A DNA stretch of 64,000 nt, taken from assembly GCA_009914755.4 (NCBI GenBank), contig CP068257.2, positions 16,160,001 to 16,224,000 on the forward strand, in the 5' to 3' direction. Positions 28,301 through 43,131 of the stretch are shown here, in pieces. The stretch's first letter is position 1. Each line of letters opens with the position of its first letter. Under the pieces are notes generated by a model, which searched no databases, was not told the DNA's origin, and worked only from the letters and a program-made list of their open reading frames with translations. A program made the translations under genes and the position numbers. Source of the stretch: the human T2T-CHM13v2.0 reference genome, Homo sapiens.

Positions 28301-30229
28301 AGTAATTGCATTTGGAAAGGAGTTTTTAATGGCAATAGAATACGTTTGCATTTCAATTGCTGTAGCACCATGAAGATGTCTAAGTACCACATTGGCAAAT
28401 AACTTTTATTTCTTGCTTTTTTCATTATTTTGCTAAATCTTATATGTTAAGCATATTAATAATTCATTATCTATAGTCTGTAATAAGGGATCCCACCATA
28501 GTATTTGTTTTCAAAATAACTGGAAAATGTAGGTTTCAAAACTGAAAACATTTTAGCTATTTTGAAAGAAAGGCTTCCAAAGTGTATTATATTCTTTTTT
28601 GCCATCTTAAAATATATAGGAGATAATTTATACATTAGCAAAATGTTTGTGTTAGCGGAGGGTAAATTGTTATAAACCCTGACTTAGAAATTCAGTGACT
28701 TAATAAACAAGAAAATGGTTTTTCCCTCATGTAATAACTGAAGGTAGGTACCCCAGGTTGGTAGTAGCTCTCCTTCACATGGTGATTTAAGGACCCAGGT
28801 TTCTTCCATCCTCTAGGACCTTGTCATCTGGTGCAAGGTCAGGATTGCATCCAGATTTCAGCCACTGGAAAGGGGGGTAGTGTGGAGGAAGCACACCTCT
28901 CTTAAAAGGCCCATTCCTGAAGAGGCAGGCACATACCACATCTACTCGTATTTCACATTTCATTACTGAGAATTTAGTCACATGGTTACATCAGTCTGTG
29001 AGGGAGACGGGGAAATGTAACCTATTTTTGTGCCTAGGAATAACGAGTGGATAATTTTTAGTAGATGACGAGCTGTCTCTCCCACAGCCTGAAACTCTGG
29101 CTGCCAAGTTTCTGTGTATATCCTTCTCATACTCATCCTCTCTCTGGGCAAGCCCCAAGGAGCACATTCACCCCTTCAGCCAGGGAGACAATTCAAGGTT
29201 ATAGTCAGCTGCTGCATCCAGCTCAGCATCCATAGGTATGTTGATTGGTGATGATCAGTCCTCTCACTCACATCCATAGGTAGCTCCTAGTTATCTGGTG
29301 ACCTATAAGTTGAAGGTAAAATACATCCTCTCTTTCTGTCACTCCTTCTTCCCACCAGAATAAATGGTGGACCAGAGACAGGATAACTGCAGTTAAAACT
29401 CCTATTCAGAAAAGGGAAGAAGGAGAAACACAGCAGTCACTGGTCCATAGCACTGATAGAAACCAGCTAGACACGGTGGGGGTCAAAGACCTCTGTCTTA
29501 GTAGTGAAGGAACTTCCTTGATTGGGCCTTATTTCTGCTTTATGGGAGTAAATTCTTGTCCATTGGTCTCTGGCCCCCTGCTGTGCTATCTGGAAGTAAC
29601 TTCTTTGCCTATTATTCTTCTTGATCAGATCTAAGAGGGCTTTGGGGAATTTGTTCCTCTTGAAAGCTGCATATATTTTACAGCTTAGTTTGTAGGCCCA
29701 TAGAGTCACAAGGCTATTTGGTTCTTAGGCTCATAGATTCTTTAGCAACACAGTTTCCTCAGTCTTAGTAAATTCTAAGTTTATTTGCTTCCAAGGTGCC
29801 TGTAAGCACAACCAAAACATTTTCTGGATGTATTCTAGATAGTACTTCAGCTTTTGCTTTTTTGCTCTTTCTCTGACATGTTCTTTCACGTTAATAGCAG
29901 CTATCTTGAGGCTATCTGAATAATTAGGCTTTACTGGGGAGGCAATAATCTGACCTTTTGCCATTTAGAATCCAGAATCAGTCAGCTTTTCAGGTGAGAG
30001 GGTGTTTTTGGCCCCTTCTCCTTGAAATTATTGTCACTTTTCAAGGAGGTCTTCTCTGATCACCCTATTTGAAACTTCCACCTGGACCCATCTTACTGTG
30101 ATTTTTTTAAAACACTACTTGTCACTTTCATATATTTATATATATATACATATATATAAATATATGAAATGATATATAACATATAATTATTTATTATACT
30201 AATTGTTTATCATCTGTCTTCCTCCTTTG

Positions 30230-30350
30230 GCATGTAAACTCCATGAGGTTTAGAAGTTACATTATATTCTCTGATATCTGTCAGGTATAGAGAACAGTGC
30301 CTGCTGCATGGTAGGTGCTCAACAAATCTATGTTATGTGAGTGAATGAAT
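30230..30350 (+). repeat. MIR SINE relic (3' half)
   Basis: 'gcatgtaaactccatgaggtttagaag...tatagagaacagtgcctgctgcatggtaggtgctcaacaaatctatgttatgtgagtgaatgaataa' matches 'tgtaagctccatgagggcagg ... agaacagtgcctggcacatagtaggcgctcaataaatatttgttgaatgaatgaat'. Confidence 0.45.
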
Positions 30351-30699
30351 AATTTGAGAGTATGTTGACTTTTCAGGATCTGCTATATATCATGCTATAT
30401 GTCAGCTATGCAAATACTGCAGGTTACAGTTATTCTTTCCTATTGCACATAGATAGAATTTTTACTTTGCTCATTTCGCAGTGTAGGGCAGGATGAGTGC
30501 ATCTGTTTTTTCTCTGTTCTCTCCATAGAGACCTAGTCTATGCCAATTATGGAAATTCCATTATTCTTGTTGGTGATCAATCTAACAATGGACAAGTGAA
30601 GCATGTTGGCCAGTGAGGGATAAGCAAAAATATGGTAGCATGAAGGATCTCTAGAAAAAATTTTGTTTTCCTTTCACTTCCTTCCTTTCTGCTGTGGGT

Positions 30700-30982
30700 T
30701 TTGTTTTTGTTTTTGTTTTTGGTAGAGACAGGGTCTCACTCTGTCACCCAGGCTGGAATGCAGAGGCACATCACTGTAGCTCACTGTAGCCCCAAAATCC
30801 TGGGCTAAAGTGATCCTCCTGCCTCAACCTCCCGAGTAGCTGGGACCACAGGTGTGCATCACCACACCAAGCTAATTTTTGTATTTTGTGTAGAGATGGG
30901 GTTTCGCCACATTGCCTAGGCTGGTCTCGAACTCCTGAGCTCAGGCAATTCACCCACCTCAGCCTCCCAAAGTGCTGGGATT
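30700..30982 (-). mobile_element. Alu SINE, 5'-truncated, with a (TTTTG)n head
   Basis: 'ttttggtagagacagggtctcactctgtcacccaggctggaatgcagaggc ... cagcctcccaaagtgctgggatt'. Confidence 0.85.
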
Positions 30983-32268
30983 CTGTGAGTATTTTTTATT
31001 CTCATGATGATACGATGTTGGAACTTCAGCACCTGTCTTATGATCATGAAGGCAGACATTGCTAACATTCCGAGATTTAATGACGGGAAAGACAGAAAGA
31101 ATCTCAACCCATATGACATAATTGAATCCCTGTTCCGATGTTGGAATAATTTTCTTTTTAAATGAGATAATACGCTTCTACTTTATTTAACCCATTTGGG
31201 TCTACTGTGCTGTCATTTGTTGATGTACCTGTAAACATCCTAACTGATACAGCAGCAGTATCTTCAGTAGCTACTGAGACTAATTTGCTACCACATTGCA
31301 ACTCATTCAACCATTTGTCCATTCATTCATTTATTGAGTAAATTTTCTATATACTAGGCTCTATGCAAAACCTAGAGGTAAAAAGATAAAGATGCAGTTT
31401 GTGCATGTCCTCATGGAACTGACAATAGTGGAACAATTACAAATTCAGTAAAAAAGTAGTAGTTGTACAGGAGTTCCACTAGTTCTACTGAATTTGAATG
31501 ATGGTAAGCATTTGCTCTGTGATAAGTGTCCTAGACAGATAATTTGTCTTCTAGGCATATGAAGATGGATTTCACCTATCCATCCTTCACCATTTGAGGG
31601 AGGTTCTCTTCTGTTGCCACAGAAGAAGTGGCACCAATGTAGGCAATTGTGACCATATTATTTAGTTCCTATCTATTGAGACATAAACTCATAGGTGGAG
31701 AAGATTATATAGCGTTAAATGTGAGATAGCTTGCTAGTTTGCTTCTTTCTTCTCTATGCCCACTTATAGGCTTTTCTTAAATACTTAGAAAAGTAGAACT
31801 CTGACTGTGGTTAGAATGCATACATCAAATTGTAGCTGCTTAAATATGCTCCTATAGGCTCTTGGTCAATTTTGCGTGTATGCCTGGAAAATAAATTAGA
31901 ATTGCAGATCGTTAAATATTTTAGTTTTATCCTCTGGGAAACTAGTTTTGTGTGTGTATGTCTTTTTTTTAAAAAAAAAACCCTACAGCTCTATCAATCT
32001 AAGCCAGCTATCTAGTCATTGATATATTGAACAATTTTATTTGCAAAGCTGTTCAATATCTGCAAATGGTGTTAGTGGCCAAATGAGTATATGGGCTTTA
32101 TAACTCAAACTCAGTAAGAGATGTTGTGTATTCCCCACTCCTTTTTGATAATTTGAATTCAAATGACAAATACATGTATGCTTAGGATGAAAAAGTATGT
32201 CATAAAATACTAGGTTCACTGGACTACTTTTCACATTAGGCTCATTGAAAGTTTATCTAGAGAAGTCT

Positions 32269-32584
<316 letters not shown>

Positions 32585-32716
32585 TTAGTGAAATGGCTTA
32601 CTGTACAAAAAGTCTAAACCAAAGGTTCTCAGGGAACAAAGCACATGTGCAGTTTTAAAACAAAGCAGTGTTTTGTCCCATTGCTGTGATTTGTAGTAAT
32701 ACTTTACCCACTCTGA

Positions 32717-33088
<372 letters not shown>

Positions 33089-34307
33089 CCCATACTACTC
33101 CCTCTTAATAAACAGTTTCCACTGATAACATAAAGGGCTGGTATAAAAATGTCTTTAAATGAGTAAGCTTTCTTTGGTAAAATTAAATCATACAAATTAT
33201 TTTTAAAACCTTCTGATATATACAATATTTAGCCCAGTTTTCTAATTTTCTGGATGTAAAACAAAAGGTTTAACATACATTCCTTGAGCTGTTAGTGCTA
33301 TTGAAATCTTTTGTCCCATTTAAGTCCTAAACACTTTTGGTTGGTTGAGTAGCATGTGAGTTTTTTTGGGTCTCATAGCATGCTTTTTGGCTTAATTTCA
33401 GGTTTATATATATAAATAAAGGAATTAAGTAAAAATAAAATTTGAGTTACTTTTTGAAAGCACCTGAAATCTTGGATTGGAATACGTTGTCTATTTCAAG
33501 TCTAAAGCTGTGGTTTTCCCCTTCTGCTTTACTCTTCTTCAAATGTTGTTGTAATGTAATTCTTTCCTGAGCTTTCCCTGTTTCCTTAATAATGCATAGG
33601 ATGGCAATAAAAATAGTTTTAAATCTCATCCCTCCATGAGAGGTTAGCTCCCCAAGTATAAGCTCCTTTTGTATTGTACTTGTAATTGCTCATTCAATGT
33701 TGGTATTGCCTGGTAGACTGTAAGTTTCCTGAGGGCCAAGAATGCTTTTGCCTCTTCCATTGCTGCTTCCCGAGTACCTTCTGTATATTTCATAACCAAA
33801 TAATGTAAATGATATATTCCATTTAAAGGGTCAAAAAAAGTTTGGAAAGAAAGTTTATGTGGGAAGAAAAGGTAATATACTGTTTTCCCACAGACATAAC
33901 AGGAGAATTAATTTATATGCATGTGGAAGCTGTTCAGGAGCTACTCTTAGTTTGCTTTATGTATTTAAAGTTTGTTTTAAGTATCTTTAAGTCTTAAGTA
34001 TCCCTATTTTTTTCCTCTTTTCTAGAATGATTTTGGAATTTCCACTTTTTGTTCTTGTCTACTTTGTGATTACCAAGTTCTCTAATGGTATTTGACAGTT
34101 CCCTTTGTTTTGATTTGTGACATATGATGGATAAATATAGTTAACAGATATAGAGGGGAAATTGTCACATTTAATACATGTAAACCTGTGATTTTAAAAA
34201 GAGGAACTACTCATATATATGTCTGTGATGAAACAAAAAATAGATTATCTCATATCTAGAAATAAGAAAAGGTTATTAAAATTCAGAGGAAATAAAGCTA
34301 GCAACCC

Positions 34308-37300
34308 TGCCTATACCAAAGAATATTTTGATTTTCATAGTGCCTTTCGTCAACTAAAGAAAGAAACTGAGGCAAATTAACATAAGTCGAGAATTTATTT
34401 GGGCCAAATTTGGGGACTGCAACCAAGGAGACACAGATTCAAGTTGCCATGAATATATGCTTTGATTAGCAGTAGTTACAAGTTGGCTTTCAATACTCAT
34501 GTCTCTCTGGATCTGATACATTTTGCATACCTCACATAGCTCAGACATCTCTGAGCTACTTTTCTTCTCATTTCCCCTTTTTGATTGAGATCTTCCTCTT
34601 CTGAAAGCATTGATAATCAACATTTTAAATGTAGCTTTTCCCCATATTGCTAGGAAGGCTCATTCCCGGGTAATCTCTCTCTACATTGGAGGGAAAGAGG
34701 AGAGGCACTACAGCTTAAGAATTTAGTGAAGTCTTAGGCTAAATTAACTGGAAACACAAAGGGGCAGAGGAATTGGGTCTCAGGATTTCATCCACTTACA
34801 AAGGAAGTATGGCGTGTTGAATAATTTCTATGCATCTAGCTATCATGAGTTTAGTTTCTGTCAACAAACACTTTAGATAGAGAAATGCAAAGCATAATTG
34901 ATTTAAGAATCAAAAATATGACACAAATAAGGACAATTACTAATTAAACAATTTGAAATCCAAATGTGAGAAATATTCCAATACCTGAAGGTAACCAGTC
35001 AAATAAATCATATAAGGGGTCTGTCTTTCCAACCATGGGTCATCTTGTAGCCATTTAGCCTTTTGAGTGATCTTTTTAAACTGAGTTTCAATTTCTTGTC
35101 CTGGTCTGAAGAACCAGGTGACTGGCTGCAGGTCAGCTTCAGTTGGAGATCTCTGATGATGGAAGATGCCTACTCACGCAGGGCTACCTTTTTAAAATGA
35201 GAAATGTAAATCCATGAGTCAATGCCTTTGAGTTTAGCTGCACAAGTATTGATAAGTAATACTTGATATAGCTTCTTCCAACATGATTACAGGGAATCCA
35301 AAAATCTCAAAGTTGGAAGCCATGATATTTGATGTCATAAACTCCCAAGAGCTTGCTGTTAAAAGAATCCTCAATTAATTTAGAATTTTTAGTGAAATGC
35401 TTTTTAATGCCTTGGCAATAATGAAGACTATCATCTTTAAAGAGAGCTGGTTTATAGACTCCTTCATCCAGGCACATGGGGCTTCCTGGTATCATTTCAA
35501 AGGGAAAAAGCTGATGTTTTCCAATTGGGTAGAATGTAAGTTAAGCAATAACAATGGAAGAGCCTTAGGCCAGGGAAAGTTAAATGTTTCTATAAGCTTT
35601 GTCAATTTATTTTCTTATTATCCCATTTGTGTGTTCTACTAGTCTGGAAGATGGAGGGTAGTATGTCCAATGGAAATGCTGAAAAATTGACCATATGTTA
35701 CAAATAGACTGAGTTATTTGTCTAGTGAAATGGGTTCCTTGGTCACTGGGAAGACTGGAAGGAACTTTCCAAGATAGAAAAAGACAAGTATTAAAATGGC
35801 CATGGTTAAAGATGCAATTGACAAGGAAATTTGTGCATTTTCTTTTTTTGTTGCCTACAATTCAACATACTAATCATAATTATGACTGATAACATATACC
35901 AAGATATATTAGATTTTTAGTAATCTCATACAATTTTGGGACACACACATTTATACATATATAACTCAAAGCTAAATGCCATTTCTTATTTGACAGTTTT
36001 TTCTGTATGATTTTTTACATACTGAATAAGCCCAGTATCTCTCTTTGGAACTTCCAGGGGTTCTTTTTGGGATGTCCAAAAGTTAGTTCCTGATGAAATG
36101 ACTTAATTTAGAATTTGAAATTTGATTTTGAGAAGTTTATTAAATATTAAAGGTTTAAAACCCTGGAGCAAAATGGAATAATTTATTTAGCCAAAGTGAT
36201 GATTAAAATATTTCAAAAAGCAAAAAAACAAAATGAAACAACAATTCCTTATCTTTGATAGAGAGATTCAGTTTTCTAAACATCAAGACTTAATAAAGAC
36301 AGCATGAGACCAATAGAATCTCTCTCTCCTTCTCTCCCTATTTTTTTTTTTTTGCAGTTTACTCAAAAGATGAAATCCTTTTACTACTTCTTATTAATAC
36401 TACACAAAAATCTTATTCACAAGAGAAAACCAAATTCTACCTTTGTATTATTAATGGTGAAAGTAATTTTAATAAAACCCTACAAACAGATCTATCCAAT
36501 CTCAATCAGCTTTAACCACACAAGATAAGATTTCTATAAAACTTTTATAACCTCTTACAATTTAATTCCTTCTTTCCCAGACTTTCTATATCCATTTAGT
36601 TTTTTTATTCCTTTAATTTAAAATAACCTTCAAATAACCTGTAAGCAAAATTACTTTTCCTTTAACCAAAACCATATTCTCCTGCCTTTCTTATAACCTT
36701 CTTTACCAAAAAACACATCCTTCTTTTCTTATGTACTCTGTGTACAAAAGAATTCTTTTGTATCTAGTAGTTTTAGTTACATATTAACTATAATTTTACC
36801 TCTTAGTGACTCTAATTTTCATTGAACAACCTAGTAAGTAAGAAATTTTAATTATGTATCAGGTGCAGAAGCTAGGACAAAGGACATAGCTGTGAAGACA
36901 ATACCTAGAGACTCTTACCCTGCTCCAGCATGGTTATAAGGCACAACTGGGCCAGGGAAGACACATTGGGTTTGGCTCTGACATGCAGCTGGTGGCCTAA
37001 GTGCTGTCAACATACACATGTTTTCAGGCATCACCATGGCCACCTGTCTAGATGTCAGAATCTAAAGGCTCAAAACCAAAGACATAGGCTCACAAACAAT
37101 TAAGCAGGTATAAAAAAAAATCATGGAAGCAACCATTTTAGGATGTTTAAAACATCTAGCAAAGACAGTATAAATTTGTCTTACCTGTAGACCCAGGTAA
37201 AAATATCTAAAATTAAATTTAATTTCGTCAATCTTGAAGACATTTCTATTCTGTTTTGCCAACAATTTAAAGACTAGTTTTGTTTACAAAGATTACTAAA

Positions 37301-40300
37301 GTCTTACGAATTTGAAAAGTGTTTAGTCTTATTTACTTAATTTATGAACACTCATTTCTTTATAAATCAGTTTGGTACCATGTGGACAACATGCAAACAC
37401 AGACATGTGCACATGTACACATAAAAATACAGATACACACAAATAAAATCTCATAACTTTGATTTTAAAATTCCAGCCATGAGACTGGTAAAATTCTCTA
37501 GTTTAAAAGGACAGTTAGATTAAACTATACCTCTGTAAATGGAACAGTTAATCAGTCCCCAGGGTAGCAAGTTTACATCTCAAAGCACAGGGAAAGAATT
37601 TAAGCTTTATTATTATTATTTAAGGAGTTTGGATGTATTACTTAGAGGAAGATTAAAAATGGATACCAAGGTAACACAAAAGCATAAGCATTCACCACAG
37701 GACTTTATAAGAGAACAATTTCATTTAGATAGGTAGCTTCTAATTTAGTCTCCATTTTCTAACTGGACCACTGAGCTCCGGGAGGAGCCCATTAACAAAC
37801 AGTCCTGACAAAAAATTAGCAGTTTGCAGGAGGCAGAGCATCAAGGTCTTTAAAAATCAAGGATCTCATCTTTACACGAAATCCTGGGTCCCCCTAAAGA
37901 GGGAAATGCCTTGGGACGGGGCTACACAATGTTTCCACAGTGCTACTCACTACAAAGACATTCTCCTGGGGCTGGGGCGGTGGGTGACCCAATGCCATCA
38001 GCCCCCTCTGTGATCAGCCCATTTCCCAAGAGAGTTTTATCCCTTGGTGATGAGGGTTGCTATATCCTCCAAATGTTCAAACTGCACCTTTCTTATCTAA
38101 AGACACAAAGAAATGAGTGGCCTTCTGCAGTAATAACCATTCATTGTAACTGCTGTCAGCCCCTTCCAAAACTTCAGTTCTCGCCAGTGACTTGCCAGCT
38201 ACAAAGAGGTCACAGAAAGATCAAGTTTCAGCTGATAGTACAAGGTAATCCCTGTTACTCCAAAAGCCAAAAAAAAATCAGGTAACTCAATGCAGAAGAG
38301 AACAAAGCTTTAGACCTGAGAGGAGCCTTCGTATGACTCTCAGAACTCCACAAGGATGACAGAAAACCTCCAAGCGAGGGGTGTGCATGGCACCTTTTTC
38401 TGTGTTTCTCAAGGGGTATCGGGATGTTAGAAGGCTCTTCTAGACTTCTTCATGTGGCACTGAAGATGGTAAAGGGAAGGAGGAGCAGAGTAGAAGGAAA
38501 TGGAAGAGCAAGTCTTAGAGGAGCCAATTTGGGGAGAACTTTCTAAAAGGCCAATGAAGTTTTATATTTTTCTCAGCAAAAATCATGCCAGCAAGAAAGG
38601 AAGCAAACAGAGGGAGCAAGCATCCAATTAAAAAGGAGTTTTAGGAGTTTTAGTTGACTGGAAAAATTCCTGGAAATGGATCTAAAAGGGAGCAGAAATG
38701 CCTTGCTTTTAAACCATAGATGTTTTAACAAACAAAAACCTTCAAATCCCTTATAATCAGATTTCAGCCAGGACAAACAAAAAGTAGGCCTCTCATTCAA
38801 TTTGTTTGGTTCTAAAATGTGATTTATTTTTCAATTGTGTGTGCAAATATATTAATTTAGGAATTTTAAATCACCCTCATTTTTGCCATTGTGATGGCCA
38901 TTTGGGGGTCATCTTGAGTCATGTGGGTCCATTTACATAGGTATTTGCCAGATGGAGCTTTATAGGTATTACATGAAAACCCAGCTAGTGTTTCCAAGGG
39001 GGATTGTCCCTTCAGGGAAAGCTCAGTTTTGATGAGCAGTTTCCCATAATTTTAGAAATTCCTTTTCAAATATGACCAAGGCCAGGACAGTGTATCAGGT
39101 TGAAGTGTGCTGTTTTGTGAGTGTCACTTCTCAAAGAGTCACCAGAGAGTCATGACTTGCTTTTCATGTGTCTTGTAATCTCTGATCACCTTATGGTGGC
39201 AGAGTGTTCAAGACGCCAGGCAACCAGCCCTCGCACGTACCTTCTGGCTGAGCTGAAAGTCATCACAGGTATTCTTGCAGACAGGACCTATGATACTATG
39301 ATACATCTTGAACAGATGTTCTGTATCTTCATAAAGTCTTTAGTCACCTACAGCACCCAATTGAGTTTGGAGGTAGCAAGTTTCTCTCAAATTTCAGGGT
39401 GAGAGAGCTCAACCTCATGCACCTTTTGGCTTAAAACTAGCAGGAATTGGTCACAAATAAAATGACAATTGTGAATCACAAGCAGTAAGAAGCAGCTACA
39501 ATTTTAAAAGAATGTAATTTATGTAATTTCAGGCCAAAAAAGGGAAACTGGCAGTGTTAGACTGCCAATGCCATAACCTGAACCTCTTGCCATGAGCGGA
39601 GGCAGAGAAGGCAGAAATTTTCTGCAGAGTGGTGTGCTGCACCATGACCTGAACCTCCTACCATGGGGCAGAGGTAGGGAAGGTATTTCTCTGCAGAGGT
39701 TTTCACCTGAAGCTCCCATTCAGAGACGGAGACCAAAGCCTTCAGTCTTTAAAAACAAAAACAAAAACAAAAAAAAAAACAACAAAAAAACCCCAGCCCA
39801 AATAAAGCCTAGACCTCAACTGAGAAGAAAGAGGTTCAGATTCAGTAGGACTCACCTTTTGTACTCAGGGAAAGATGTGGAGACAGAGAAACACAGTAGG
39901 TTTGTGCTGGTGCTGAGTGCTGAGTCCAGGAGGGATCACTAGGTGGTCCAGGGTGTGAGGAGGTTGCTCTGAATCCTGACAGCTACACCAGATATGTTGA
40001 CCTAAAGAAAGAAACTGGGGCAAAATTAATATAAGTAGAGAATTTATTTGGGCCAAATTTGGGGACCGTAACCCAGGAGTCACAGATTCAAGCTGCCCTG
40101 ATGGTATGCTTTCATTAGCAGCAGTTACAACTGGATTTTAAAAGAAAAAAGGAGTGGTTTTTACATTGGTTCATTAAAATAACATAAGCTAGTGATTGGC
40201 TATACATATTATTCTTTGTATCACAAATTCTAGAACCATAAAGATAATGAGTGAGGGTCACATTGTGCAACTTGTGATAACATTTTAGGTAATTTATCAA

Positions 40301-40473
40301 CTAGTCTGGAAACTGCAGAGAAGCAAAGAAAGAACAAAATGCCTTTAAATAATTGCCCCTGGGAATGGGTGCACCAGGAGTGTGCTGAAGTTTCTTACTC
40401 ATGTCTCTCTGGGCCTGATTAATTTTACATACCTCACATAGCACAGACCGCTCTGAGCTACTTTTCTTTCTCA
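34308..40473 (-). mobile_element. Class I (gamma-retrovirus-like, ERV1) endogenous retrovirus provirus remnant: 3' LTR at 34308-34570, degenerate env/pol/gag, 5' LTR at 39977-40473
   Basis: Two same-orientation homologous blocks, about 85% identical over the alignable part. Shared sequence includes 'ctaaagaaagaaactg.ggcaaa.ttaa.ataagt.gagaatttatttgggccaaatttggggac ... cacagattcaag.tgcc ... tgctttcattagcag.agttacaa ... ctcatgtctctctgg ... tacctcacatagc.cagac ... ctctgagctacttttct'. Both end in TG...CA when read on the minus strand. A minus-strand polypurine tract 'caaaaaggggaaa' directly abuts the start of the lower-coordinate (3') LTR. The minus strand at about 35645-35800 translates to '...WKVPSSLPSDQGTHFTRQITQSICNIWSIFQHFHWTYYPPSSRLVEHTNGIIRK', a close match in pattern to MLV/HERV integrase ('DNGPAFTSQ ... 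W.[21 protein letters not shown]'). The 5' LTR copy carries about 250 bp absent from the 3' copy. Confidence 0.6.
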
Positions 40474-41789
40474 CTTTCTTCTAAGGAGATCACAAGTATT
40501 TCATGTATTACCTTATGTTCATGACATTCTTACTATTGTATATCTGCTTTATATTGTGGCATTGAAGGTTCATCTCCATGGTGGCAGAGATGAACATGAC
40601 TCTGAGAGCAATGACTTTCCCATCAATCATGAAAGACATATTTATTCACCACCATTCTGTATTAGGGATCCTATTGTGTACTGAGTTACTGCAGTACCCA
40701 CAAGGGAGTCTCTGAAAATTCTGACCCCCAGGACCTCTATAGGGCACACTTGGCATCAGATTTAATTGGAAAAGCATAAGGCAAGCCATGCAGCATGCCA
40801 GAATGACAGCATCAGGCACCCCTTTTTAATAAGACTTCTTGCAGAAGTCCTCACACCAATCAAAAAGCAAATCTCTGGCTTTTAAGTTGACAGTTAAGGT
40901 GCAAGGAGATGAGACATGTACATATGGTCCATCTTGGCTTAGAAGCCTTGTGTCTCCAATAAGATCCTGTATTTCTTACAATGTTTGAGGCATCAATTCC
41001 AGAGTCCCTGCAGTGAGCCTGCCCAGCTGTGAGAGTCATCACACTTAGGGATCCCAAAGCTATGGTTTCCCACTAAGTATTTATAGTTTATATATAGTTT
41101 CTTTCCTGTCAGATGCAATTTGTCATTTTTTTAATCATAAGAAATATTGCCTAGTAGCAATATTTTCATCCTACCCTTTGCAGATCTCCAGGGAAACAGT
41201 GCTATAAAGTTAACCCAAGGTCAAGTTTGTTCATATAGGACAAAAGATTTTGTTAATGCTTTAACCACAGATAATGCAGTCTTTTTTATACTATTAGGAC
41301 TAGGTCACAGGTTTAGCAGATCTTATTAGTTACTGATCAATTGACACATTTTCTTTGGTTCTTGATAAAATGAAGTCAGTTACGTTTAATTTACTAGCTA
41401 ACAAAAATATTTTCCAACCTTTTTGTCTTATAAATAAAATCCTGTTGTACTGTATTTTGTATTTACGACTATAGGAAGAGATAGAATTAGCTCTTGGCAT
41501 TTGTCTGATAGAACAGATCAAATGCAGGGCAGAATGCAGCCCCACTGTTAGGAATTCCTAGTGAGTTAAAATGTAATCCAGAGTGAAACAACCTCCAATG
41601 TATAATCTTGACTCTCCATTTACATCTAAAAAGGCGCAGATGACGACAGATCTTTCCAGGCATACAGAAAATACAGACATACCCCAACAGTATTTCTCCC
41701 AGTTTAACATTTTTCCATCAGAATGCCTTGTGACTTTTTATATCTGAACTTCATAAAGCGTACGCATCTCTTAGCCGATGCACGTTTAG

Positions 41790-42530
41790 GACAAATTTAT
41801 ATTTGTGCCTATAAAATGTGATATGGTATGTATTTTTTAATGTATAATTTTCATGTGATAAAATGTGTAGATTTTAAGTATATTGTTCAATAACAAAATG
41901 AATATACCATAACATTATAATAGCAACATAACCCTACACCATTGTCAATAACAATGTAAGCTACATCATTGTTGAGATATAAAACATTTCCAACACTTTA
42001 TAGTAAATTCCCTTATGCCTCTTCCTGGGCTCTTTTCTCCTCATCCTGAGATAACAACTCTTAATTTCCATCAATATCAATTAGTTTTACCTATTCTGAG
42101 CTTCATGTAAATGGAATCAAAGTGTATGGTCTTTTCTGTGTCTGTCTTCTTTTGCTCAACATGTTTTTGTGATTGATCTATTGTATACATCAGTAGTTCA
42201 TTCATCAATGTATGAATATACCACAATTTGTTAATCTCCTACCTATTGTTGGACCATTATGCTATTTCCAGTTTTAAGCTATTATGAATATGGCTGTGAT
42301 AAATATTTTTGTATGAGCTTTTTGTGGACATGTTTTCACTTCTCTTGAGTAAATACCTAGAGTGAAATTTCTGGGTCATAGAGTAGGTACATGATTAACA
42401 TTGTAAGAACCTTCCAAACAATTTTCTGAAGTAATTTCCATTTACCTATATCATTTTGTGCACTAATACACACATCTTTGCTTGCATTAGGTGTTGTCAA
42501 ACTTTATTTTTAGCCATTCTAGTATGTAAA
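41790..42530 (-). mobile_element. Old L1 (L1M/L1P-type) 3' end fragment, antisense
   Basis: Reverse complement of the L1M ORF2-end/3'UTR consensus: 'atggaatcaaagtgtatggtcttttctgtgtctg...ttcatcaatgtatgaatataccacaatttgttaatctcctacctattgttggaccattatgctatttccagttttaagctattatgaatatggctgtgataaat...gagtaaatacctagagtgaaatttctgggtcatagagtaggtacatg'. Confidence 0.5.
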
Positions 42531-42803
42531 GCTTCAGAAGAAAGAAACACGGCGATAACTTTGTGACCTTGAGGTAGGAAAATATTTCTTAAACAGGACA
42601 TAGAAATCACTAACCATGAAAGAAACAATTGAATTATTGGATTATAAAATTCAAAACTTCTATTCCTTGAAACACATGGTTAAAATAATGAAAAGCAAAT
42701 CACAAACTGAAGAAAAATGTTCACAATACATATGCTTGACAAAGGACTTGTATCCAGTGTCTAGAAAGAACTCATCTCTCAGTAATAAAAATACTTGCAA
42801 TTG

Positions 42804-43131
<328 letters not shown>

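Noticed and set aside
37911-38285. 124-aa plus-strand ORF inside the ERV interior
   Set aside because: It is on the strand opposite to the ERV genes. It has no domain and is likely a chance ORF in degenerate proviral DNA.
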